Shown piece by piece: positions 1-12,678 of a DNA stretch of 64,000 bases (the stretch's first letter is position 1; every line of letters starts with the position of its first letter). Below the pieces are notes generated by a model. It saw nothing but the letters and a program-made list of their open reading frames with translations. It was not told the origin of the DNA and made no database searches. The DNA lies in assembly GCF_009914755.1 (NCBI RefSeq), contig NC_060938.1; one strand, written 5' to 3'. The translations under genes and the position numbers were made by a program. This DNA is from the human T2T-CHM13v2.0 reference genome, Homo sapiens.

Positions 1-196
1 AAGTGTAATTGTGAGTCCTTTTTTTAAATGACCACTTTAACCAATTAGAAGTTTTCATAAATCAAGGTTTTTATTTTTGATAAGTGCTACATCAGTATGT
101 GAGATAGCTTTGCTTAGTGAGCCTTGTGATGGGGTATGTAAATGAAAAGCATTTGTGAAACAGTAACTGGGGGGATGATATAATAAGAGTTTTATT

Positions 197-476
197 GGCT
201 GGTACGGTGGCTGTCGCCTGTAATCCCAGCACTTTGGGAGGCCGAGGCGGGCGGATCACGAGGTCAGGAGATCAAGATCATCCTGGCTAACATGGTGAAA
301 CCTCTTCTCTACTAAAAATACAAAAAATTAGCTGGGTGTGGTGGCGGGTGCCCGCAGTCCCAGCTACTCAGGAGTCTGAGGCAGGAGAATGGTGTGAACC
401 CGGGAGGCGGAGCTTGCAGTGAGCCCGAGATTGCGCCACTGCACTCCAGCCTAGGGGACAGAGCAAGACTCCGTCT

Positions 477-517
<41 letters not shown>
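197..517 (+). mobile_element. AluY-like SINE with a pure A40 tail
   Basis: GGATCACGAGGTCAGGAGATC and GCGGAGCTTGCAG diagnostics. TSD agttttatt on both sides. Confidence 0.93.
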
Positions 518-521
<4 letters not shown>

Positions 522-797
522 TATTAAGATAAGTGTTTTTCTAGCCCCTTCTACTTTGCAGATGCTTTATGTAGATTTTTCTCCTTGGCTTCTTATAATG
601 GAATTGCCGTTTTACACATAAATTGAGGCAAAAATTCAGTGACTTTGTTCAGTCATATTGGATGGGGGTTGGAACTTGGCCCCAGGTCTTCCTATTGTTT
701 ATCTCCTGCCTTTCTGTGCACCACTTCCTGGTTTTACCCATACATGTATCAGCCTATAGCAAGAAGACACCCCACAAGCATCAGTTCATCCAGGCCC

Positions 798-998
798 ATC
801 TCAAGCCATCCTCCCACCTCAGCCTCCTGAGTAGCTGGGACTGTAGTGGCCACCACACCAGGCTAATTTTTTTTTTTTTTTTTGTGGAGCCTGGGGTCTC
901 TGTTGCCCAGGCAGGTCTTGACTCTTGTCTTCAAGTGATCCTCCTGTATCTGCCTCCCAAAATGCTGGGATTACAGGCGTGAGCCACTGCTCCTGGCC
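798..998 (-). mobile_element. Partial Alu (J-like)
   Basis: Alu left arm, linker and part of the right arm in reverse orientation. Confidence 0.88.
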
Positions 999-1863
999 CC
1001 TATTTGGTCTTTTATTATATGGATTATGCATAAAGTTCATTAGTAACCACATATATATTAGTAAATTTCCATATGAATGTTTAAATTCTACACTCTGGCA
1101 CTTTTTCATGGGCTCAGTCAGTATTTACTTTGTTGATATTGCTAGTCAAGGCATATGCTTTAATTAAGCATGTATTATTATTTTACAAAGGGAAAAATAA
1201 AACTGGCTCACTAAATAGCTAAATGTTCTTTCCAGAAATAAACATTTGCCTTTATTTTTTGCCAGTTTACCTGCTTCCAAATTGCCCTTCCCAAAGGCAG
1301 TTTAAAATTTATACAGTTTGAACGTGGTTTCTACATGATCTAAATGATAGTAATCTTTGTATTTCAGACCACAAAGCAAGTACTCAGAAAATACTTGTTC
1401 CAAGAACCACTGACTTAATGATTTAGTAAACTACCAAGTTAAGAGAAACAAACCTCCACAGTATACCATTTGGAAGATATATATGGAATATTAATATTTA
1501 GTTTGTGAACTTTTTCTTTTGGCTGTGAGTAAGTCTGAACTTGGCTGTACGAGGGCTTAGAAAATTTTGGTTTCTTATACTACATACCTTAGGTTAGCTC
1601 AGTCCTAATGGCTTCCGCCCTCATTGTTACAAGTTTGTTTACATAGCATGCATACCTTTTTGAGCAGAGTGGTGTATATTGACCACAACATACACATTTC
1701 CACACCCACGTAAACACGAACCAGGGTGTGTATACAAGTACAGACACATAAGCAAAAACCAGTAGTGCCTGTCATTAAAATTTAGTTCATTACACCCAGG
1801 ACTGCCTTCCCCTCATGGGTAAGGTCCCTGATGTTGTCTTTGCCTTTGCGGAAATCACCACAG

Positions 1864-1988
1864 GTTTGGAGTGAGCCGTAGATCCCCAGCCTCCATTGAC
1901 AGGCAGAACACCCAGTCAGATATTGGTGGCAGCGGAAAATCCACGCCTAGCTGGCAAAGAAGTGAGGATAGCATTGCTGACCAGATGG
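1864..1988 (+). CDS. SIPA1L1: SIPA1L1 internal coding exon (125 nt, phase 2 to 1): [41 protein letters not shown]
   Basis: cag|G acceptor and ATGG|gtaagt donor. Open frame joins the next exons, and the peptide matches SIPA1L1 as I recall it. Too short for the ORF track. Confidence 0.93.
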
Positions 1989-4203
1989 GTAAGTAATCAA
2001 TTTCTACAAGAAGAAAGTTGCTTTTACAAGGTGACTTAGGTCACCTCTTGATGATGTTATCAAAACATTGTTATAAAAGGTAGCCCTAGTTAATAAATAT
2101 GAATTAGAATTAAGTCTCTGTTAGATTATGTATAAGTGAAAACAATAAATAAGACCTAAGAGAAAAGGAATTCTAAGTGACCCCAAATTCAAAACTGGAA
2201 AGGCGATAGGAATTATTTTGAGCACCTAGATTAAAACACCAGACTACCAGACTAAGTACCTTCCTCCCCCTTGTTTATTTGTTTTTGCCTAGAATAAGTG
2301 CCTTGAGAGATTGCTTGGTATACTTAATGTCAATTTGAAAAACAAAACTACTAACAAAGTGGAAAAGAGATACAATTATTGTTTAGTCACATCCGTAGCT
2401 TGCTTAGAATCTCTTTCCTCCCTGATGTGCTTTTAAAAAAAATTCTTCTCACTCTGCTATTAAGCTGTCAGCTAAGGAAATGTCTTAGCAGTATGAAACA
2501 GCTGGGTGGAAGAGATTTGCATTGGTGAGCTTGTGCCCGGATTTCTACTGCATAGCCCTTTCTTTCTATATATATGTTGTTTCACAGTGACACCATAACA
2601 CTAGTTGATACAATAACATTTTGCCATGAAACAAGATTTTCAACACAGGAGCCTCAGGGATTTGGTACCAACACAGTTGGTGCATCATTAACTTGAATCT
2701 AGATTGTTAGACTGTTGGATTTTTTCCTCCTTTGTTTAATCTCTAGTTGCATCAGTGTAGGATAAAAAGGTGTACATTTCAGGGCTGAAAAAGATAATCT
2801 TATAAGACAAGACCCATCTGTTAATCTTCTCTGCAAATTCATTGTTTTGTCCTGTTTTAATGACTTTGCCCAAGTAAGTGTACTAACCATGGACATAGAA
2901 AGGAGTGGAGATGTGTTCCACTAAGACAGGGGTTGAGGAAGAGAAATGGAGTTCCTAGGTTCTGAAGATATGCTTTGTTCCAGTAGCTTCAGTGAGATGT
3001 GCCTTGTTATTGAAGCCATCTGTCATTCTCCACTCTTATCCTACCCACCCCTACACAGAAAACCTGAGCATATTCTGATCTGCTTTTCTACTCTTGACAG
3101 AATGTTTTAAATCCCATATGTTTTGATACTGTTGAGATGGTAACGACACATGTGAAAAGGATCCCTTCTTCAGCATGACTTTAGCGGCTTTTTTTGGCTC
3201 CTAGTGCAGGCTTTGAACAAGGCTGCCAGCAAGCCCTTTGTGAGGCATGCAGTGTCATGCCTCCCACTCTCGGGAAGTCACACGGAGTGAGAAGGGATGG
3301 AAAGGGTAATTACAAGGTTCTTCCTAGACCCCTGTTCATTCTCTCACACAAACCTCCCTCTAGTCTTTTTTTCCCTGCATCCACTTTACTTTAGTGGCAT
3401 CCCACTCTTAATAGATAAGACTTAAAAATGAATGTAGATGAATTTTTAAAACCTATTTGCTCATCTTTTTTGTAAGGTATACTTTTTTTAAAATAAGATA
3501 CCCCTGAAGCCTGCCAAAGAAGCCTTTTCACTACAGTACAAGAGGTCCAAGTGGTGGCCTTTCACCATGGGAAATCCAACCCTTCAAATAAAATATTAAA
3601 ATAATTTTTAAAATAATTTTTGATATCCCAGCATTCCAGAAAAATAACCAAGCCTTTCCTAACTGGCACATCAGAAGGAATCAGAAGGCTTAGCTGGTAT
3701 AAGCCATTCCAGGGAGAAGTCAAGAAAAATAATTGTTGCATTTTTATTACTCAGTACCCAATATTGAGTATATAATGGGCTGACCATTCTCTACTCAGTT
3801 TATAAGAACAGCATTCTCTAATGACTTGCACTGATTGAGAATGTTTACGAGGTTCTTATTGGTTAGGCATCAGTGTGTTATCAACAGGTACCCTCCTGAC
3901 AGTGGAGACAGGAGTTTAGCCTACTGACTTGGCTCACTTATCTTTATGGCTGTTCACTTTTCTGCCTCTGCTTTTGGAAATGGTTGAGAGTCAGAGTCAA
4001 GGAGTATTTTGCCCTGTCCTCTACATGTTAGGAAGGGTGTTTCAGAGGCCCAGGATTCTTGCTATTAGCTATAGTGGTGTTATGGAGGATAAATTCTTTA
4101 TCTCTCACTTTTGGAACCCCATCTTGAACGCCAGCTTGGAGTCCAAAAGGAAGCAATTGTTTTAAGTAAACTAGTTGCTGTGTGTCTTTTCTGTTGTGCT
4201 CAG

Positions 4204-4266
4204 CTTACAGTTATAGAGGACCTCAGGATTTCAATTCTTTTGTCCTCGAGCAGCATGAATATACAG
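4204..4266 (+). CDS. SIPA1L1: SIPA1L1 63-nt symmetric (phase 1-1) cassette exon: [21 protein letters not shown]
   Basis: tcttttctgttgtgctcag| acceptor and ACAG|gtaaaa donor. 21 codons, no stop. Consistent with the 21-aa difference I recall between long and short E6TP1/SIPA1L1 isoforms. Confidence 0.85.
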
Positions 4267-4704
4267 GTAAAATATTTCCAAAGTGTCATGGTAAGTAACA
4301 CGTGATTGCATCCATGCCTGTCTAGGTAATGTAGACCAAGCTAGGTTAGCCACACTTGGCAATGAATGAATTTCATAAATTTAATTCATATAATCTAAAT
4401 TTTTCCCCCAAACCAAAAGTTGATTCTGAACTTTGCTGCGTTGTTCATGGCCTTTGGTTTGGTGGTACTTGGCTATGCTAATGTGTATGACGTGACAAGT
4501 TGTCACCAGCTGCAAGCTTTATCCATCAGCCACTTAAGTTTCTGACCTGCTGTCTATCAAATAGACTCTTAACAAGCTTACTGCTGAAATGCAGAGTTTG
4601 CTGGTCAGTGAACTGAAAGATGCAATGGCAAGCCATCTTCATTTGTCACCATGTGCTTGTTTCTGCTTAGTGCCTGCACCATAATGTCCTATGCTGTATT
4701 CCAG

Positions 4705-4823
4705 AGCCAACATGCCATCTCCCAGCAGTATCAAAGGTACTGCCAGCTTTCCGAGAGAGCCCCAGTGGGAGATTAATGCGGCAGGATCCAGTGGTTCATT
4801 TGTCTCCAAACAAACAAGGGCAT
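4705..4823 (+). CDS. SIPA1L1: SIPA1L1 coding exon (119 nt): [40 protein letters not shown]
   Basis: ttccag| acceptor and CAT|gtaagt donor. Phase 1 to 0 fits both neighbours. Confidence 0.93.
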
Positions 4824-5810
4824 GTAAGTTAACTGTAAACTTAAAAAAGTATTAGATTCCTAGCAGTGTACCTTCCTTGCACTATGAAAATGCTCTGCTC
4901 TTTCCTCTGCATGGCCAAAGAGGAAATCATTCTGGCAAAGAGTGGTCGTTTGCTGCCATGGCCTTGCAGTTTCTGCTGCCATGGCCTTTAGATTGCTTTG
5001 AGATAAATTGTAACTCCTCATTGCTGTGCTTCTGCCACCCCCACAGGTCTGGTCATCTGATTCAGTCACTAACAATCCTGAAATGTTAGGAGTGGAAATG
5101 TGTTAGAAGTTGATTTTATTTGCTTACACAATTGCAAGCATGAGATGTGGTTGGAGCGTCAGTCCTGCTCCAGCCATGAGAGGGCTCCAGCAGGACTGAT
5201 GCTCCAACCATATCTTTGATTCTGCTGCAGTAAAGGAGGTGTAGGAGACAGACAGCTTCCCCTATGCCTCCTCTACCGCTTCTCTTGTCTTTCATAGCCA
5301 TACACATTTCATCCTTTCGCTATAGTAATACACAATTCCTTCTCACTTACAGTAAAATTGGGAATATGAGGTTATCATTCTCCAACCCCCCTCTTATTTT
5401 TTTCCCCACTCTTCTTCCCTGATACCGCTATTGGGACGGGACGCCCTCCCCATGCAGTTGATTTCCTTGGTGTGTCTGTTCACTGGAATGTGTATGTTTA
5501 TATTCACGTCATTCTATAGAATGAGGAAATATTGTATTTCATGCTTACTAGTTCACTATGGAAGATGCCCAGAGAACTTTAAATGAGAGATGCATGTAAG
5601 TTTTGCTATAGAAAAATGAATATTGAAGCTAAAAAAAACAAGCAAGAGTTAGCATGCCCTACGCTTTTCTCTGAAGAGAAAGGTTTTCTGAGGAAAACCT
5701 TTCTATGAGGAAAATATTTACTGAGGCAAGTTGTGACAATGTGATATTGTCACAAATCTACTTGTAAATGATAGATTATCCCAATTGATCTATAAATTTC
5801 CCCTCCCTCG

Positions 5811-6075
5811 TTAATAATTTTTATACTGATTACATGGTAAAATAATATTTTGGGCACATTGGGCTAGATAAAATATATTATTAAAATTAATTTCACATGT
5901 TTCTTTTCTACTTTTTACTAGAAAATTTAAAATTACATATATGGTTCCCATTATGTTTCTGTAGAAATGGATTATATACTTTACACTCTTGATACATCTC
6001 AATTCAAACCAGCCATGTTAAAAGTACTCAATAGCCACACATGACTAAGGGTCACCAGATTTCACAGCACAGGTC
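5811..6075. mobile_element. MER3/MER33-like hAT-Charlie DNA transposon fragments
   Basis: attaaaattaatttcacatgtttc...actagaaaatttaaaattacat and ctcaatagccacacatgact motifs. Confidence 0.65.
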
Positions 6076-6234
6076 TGGAGCTAAAGAAGTTCTGTCCTAT
6101 TAAGAATAAATGAAGGCTTTATTACAGCACTTAGTAAGTTGTTATTGAGAAAAACTAGAGTAACACCAATAAAGTAAGTGGGATTGATTATTTTTTCAAG
6201 GGGAAGAGATGTTTCACTTTGAGGTGAAACTGGT

Positions 6235-6533
<299 letters not shown>

Positions 6534-6603
6534 GAAACTGGCATGTCCTACTCCTGCCCCTCCCCTTAGCCAATGAAGAGCCTGCTCCTTCCTCTACCAA
6601 AAG

Positions 6604-6641
6604 ACACACACACGCACGCACACACACACGCACACACACAC
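6604..6641 (+). repeat. Interrupted (CA)n microsatellite
   Basis: acacacacacgcacgcacacacacacgcacacacacaca. Confidence 0.9.
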
Positions 6642-6807
6642 AGTTCCTTCTCTTCTCTTTTAATCTCCAGCAATCATCTAGACTTCCCGCCTCCCTCTAA
6701 TTTAAAATATTATTTTATTCAGATATCTTTTAAATTCTTATTTGGGAAACTCTATAAAATGTTCTTTCTAAGCATCTAAGCCAGCATATGGAAAGAGTTC
6801 TATATGT

Positions 6808-8205
<1,398 letters not shown>

Positions 8206-8704
8206 ATAAATTTCACCTCAAAGCATGTCTTAGAAGGCTGTCTCCTAAACAGAGGCTAATTGGGGAAGGAGGTCTCTCTAGACATAAGTCTTATATTCAG
8301 CCTTCTATTTACTCTGAACAAATAGGGCTTTTAGAATTAACATGCTTTCTAATTATAATCCCTTTGGAAATGTCATTTCCTTTCTCTTTTAAGATACTAA
8401 AACTTCAATGACAATTTAAATTTCTTCCTGACTAAAATAATCTCAATAGTATTGATACTTTAGCATAAATCAAATAATGAAAAATAGATTAAAAAAAAAA
8501 AACACGTTTCTAGTACCCTTTACCATGGATACTTCTGAATGGACCATAGTGACATAGGTTCCCTGTCTTACTGTGACTAGTCATTATTGGAACTTTTAGG
8601 CCTTCAGAGCCCTATAACTAGAAATTAATCACAGTGTCATTTCTGTTATTCTCTTGTTCAGGAAGCAAAACTTTGCACTCAAATAAATTCTGCTTCTCTT
8701 GCAG

Positions 8705-9147
8705 TCTGATAGCCACTACTCGAGCCACTCCAGTAGCAATACTCTCTCCAGCAATGCGTCAAGTGCCCATAGTGATGAGAAGTGGTACGATGGGGACCGC
8801 ACAGAATCCGAACTCAACAGCTATAACTATCTGCAAGGCACCTCTGCTGACAGTGGCATTGACACCACCTCTTATGGCCCCAGCCACGGCAGCACAGCCT
8901 CGCTGGGGGCTGCCACATCGTCACCTCGCTCAGGGCCAGGCAAGGAGAAAGTGGCACCCCTATGGCACAGCTCCAGTGAAGTAATCTCCATGGCAGATCG
9001 GACTTTGGAGACAGAGAGCCACGGCCTGGACCGGAAAACAGAGTCTTCCCTGAGCTTAGACATACACAGCAAGAGCCAAGCCGGCTCGACCCCTCTGACA
9101 AGGGAGAACAGCACCTTCAGTATAAACGATGCTGCTTCCCACACAAG
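8705..9147 (+). CDS. SIPA1L1: SIPA1L1 coding exon (443 nt): [20 protein letters not shown]...DSGIDT...DAASHT
   Basis: ttctcttgcag| acceptor and AAG|gtaacc donor. Matches ORF 8699-9151. [11 protein letters not shown] and DSGIDT are characteristic SIPA1L-family motifs. Confidence 0.96.
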
Positions 9148-9986
9148 GTAACCACCCTTCCCCGCTGTCTGATTCCCAGCCCAGACCTAAGCCCAGTTCC
9201 CTGGCCTCAGCCCACTTTACTTTGCTCAATAGTGTATAAGGAAAGGAGGTTTTTCTGCAGTGACAATTATTTTTATATGTTTAATGCCCTTTATTTGCCT
9301 TCAAAATACTTTAATCCTGCAATTTTAGTGCATTATTTTAAACTGTGAGAAAATTTTGCAGATTTATTCTTTTTAAAGTTGGATTTGATTTTTAAAATAA
9401 TGTTCCTGGCTACTACAATTTGAGAGGAAATTTGTAATTTTGTAATGTTGGCTTTCGGTGAGTAATAGGGAATGTATACTGGGACAAGCTTTTGAAGACT
9501 ATGTTTTTAAAATATTGACCATATTGTTAAAAGACAGAGGTCTTTTCTGAGTAACAGAGCATCGTTTGCGATGCCAAGCACGTCCTTTACGTGCCTCTCA
9601 AGCCGAGAACCTCACTTACCTGATATTTACATTGTAACTTTTTTTCAGTAATTGGCTCCTGGCAGCAATGGGTTGAGAGTGGGGGATGTCCAATAGAAAC
9701 GTGTAGCTAAAATTAGACATACCTTTCAGAATAGGAAAGTACACATTCCCCTGTATCCTTGGAGATCACACCTCTAGATAAAATAAATACTATTTGTCGT
9801 TTCCTCTTGATTGGAGCCTAAAATCCCCAATGTGACAAGATCCACATAGGGAAGAAGCATTCCATCACTGTCTTTTTAGGCCTGTTGATCTCTGTGTGGT
9901 TTCTCCTTTTATCTTCGATTGTTGTCAGTCATTGATCAATGTGTGAGACCATCTAACCTTGCTGTCTTCTGGGTCTGCTATGATTA

Positions 9987-10349
<363 letters not shown>

Positions 10350-12556
10350 TTAGTTTTTATTTTTCAAATGGAAATCTAGGCACATAATCTGTCAGTAAAC
10401 CCCAGATAACCTTAAGGAGAGAGGACATCCTCTACTTAATTTGGATTGCTTTCACTTGACCAGCTAAGTATTTTGTTTTCTCATGGAGTCTCTATCGCTA
10501 CTTATCATTGAGCTTCCCTTCATTTAAAATGTCAGGCCCCATGGAATGAAGCCTTTCACTAGTTTTGTTTCTGTTTACCACTACCACATTGCAGATCTCA
10601 AAATGATGGTGATAGGTCTGGAAACTCCATGGCTTCCAAGCAAAAGGAAATTGGGAAAGTAGTCTCAGTATTCTTGAGTACTATGTATTCCGTTCCACAA
10701 TTCAGAAAGTAGATTGTTTGATTCAAATGGTATAAGAGATGTGTTTGCCAAAGTAGAACAGGAAGTGGGCATCAGATGCCATAACCATATAGACAGAATC
10801 ACACAAGACAGAATGATGACACTCGCTGGCTGTTCTTGGCACATCCCCATCTCAGTAGACTGTGCATTGACTTAGAACATTTTGCATATCTGAATAGTTT
10901 CTCTCTGGTTTTTAAGTTTAGTTTGACTCCTATTTCTTTGGTTTTCAATTTGTCATTTTGAAAGGAGGATGCCTTTTTTTAAGAATGTCTTCCATCTGAA
11001 AATATTTCTCTGGTCCAATGTGATGGCAGAAGAAAGTTGGTTATAGAGATCTTGTCTCAAATGGCATCACCATGGAGTGAGATTGGAAAGAGCTGGGCCC
11101 CTGAAACCAAAGCACAGAATGTGCGGCTGTGCCATTATCTAACAAATCCCAGGGGATCAACAAAGCTCCCTGAAAAAAGCATCTGGGTTTGCATTATCTG
11201 AATGTGCTGACTGGAGCTGCCTGAAGGCCTCAAAGGATTATCTAAATTTTCTGCTTCTAACTGGAAGAATGCAGAATCATTGAAATCATCCTTTAGAAAT
11301 AACTCTCCTATTGAAAGTCAAACTTACTAGAGAAGAGAAGAATGTGGCCATTCAGGGAGGGTGGCAGAGCTTCTCACCCACTCATTTGAGTCACATTCAT
11401 TTCTAGACTCTGGTAAGTAGGGATGTTTTGAGACTTTGGTATGTTGATCTTGGCAGAGTGAGTTGGATAATCAGAGCTTTAGCAGCCTGCCTTTTCTGGA
11501 GGAAAGGGGACTTAGCCACCAAATGCACATTGCTATAGAAAAACTAAAATCACAGCAAATTAGAGTGTTTGTGTCCTCAGAAGACAGGAACAGCAATTAA
11601 TGTAGAGATATCTTGACAGTGCTTAAAAGAGCTTGTACCTGGGACTCAGTGACAAAGTCTAAATTACAGTGATTAAGTTTCACTGCATCTTTCTGGCTGG
11701 GCTCCATTCCTACCTTCTCTGTCCTCTAGTCTCCCTCTTGATGATCATGCAGATCTTTTGTAGCTCCTCATGAGAGCTACATTAATACAGGTTGGTAATT
11801 ACATAGAGTTGCTATATTTGAATGTCATTAAAAGAAGCCACACATACTGGTAACTTTCTATAACTAAAAACGTCTATTAATTGCTCTAAATTATTGCTCC
11901 CTAGAATATATGTGTATCTTTATGAAGCTTGGAAATTTAGGGAGAAAATTTATTTTATTTTATTTTTTGGTAATGGCTGTTTCACTTTCAGATCTTAAAA
12001 TGAACCACTGAAAAAAAAAAGATTAGTGGTAAGCCTAGGAGAGGTGAAGATAGTAGTAATTTAAGGACATTCTTAAATTTAAGCAGCATTCATTTTCTTC
12101 TTAGCGTTCTGGCCTTGGCAGTAGGCAGTGCCAGTTTGTGTGGCAATCAAGGACCTCCTCAGTTAGTCCAAAATCCTCTAGACCTGCTGACCAATGCTGT
12201 TTCTGGTGTTGGAGCTTAATTTGAGAACACACATGAGAAAGCTAAAAACCCTACCTCATGCTTGCACATAGATATCTCTTCTGTAACTGACTGACCTGAC
12301 TTGTTTTGGTGTCCACGGTTGTTAGCCAGCTATTCTCCAGGTCTCCTTCCTCTTGCTTCCCTAAGGCCCCCTCAGACACCTGTAGCCAATTACTACCCAC
12401 TTATGCGATCACATATACCTTTTTACTGCCATCTAGTCAGTACAAGAGGATTTTTCACCCAATATGTTCATCCTAAGTATATTTGCATAGGCCGTGCCAA
12501 CATGAGCATAATAGATTGATACTCAATACATGCCAATGAGCAAATAGGAATAACTA

Positions 12557-12678
12557 GCTGGGCACGGTGACATGGGCCTATAGTCCCAGCTGCTCAGGAG
12601 GCTGAGGCAGGAGGATCATTTGTACCCAGGAGTTAGAGGTCAATCTGGGCAACATAGTGAGACACTGTCTCAAAAAAA
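12557..12678 (+). mobile_element. Alu monomer (FLAM/FAM-like)
   Basis: Single ~120-bp monomer with a short A tail. Confidence 0.75.

Noticed and set aside
1368-1528. Pseudo-exon (tttgtatttcag acceptor, overlapping gtgagt/gtaagt donors at 1525 and 1529)
   Set aside because: It has an early in-frame stop and an AT-rich body. Such pseudo-exons are common and nothing supports its use.
1800-1824. 19-nt segment with a TGG|gtaagg donor
   Set aside because: Only 45 nt from the next acceptor, too short for an intron, and its phase does not fit the adjacent exon.
5731-5755. 10-bp hairpin TTGTGACAAT/ATTGTCACAA, and the related GTGACAA-g-TTGTCAC at 4492-4506
   Set aside because: Stems of this size are expected about once by chance in 64 kb. 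No other support.
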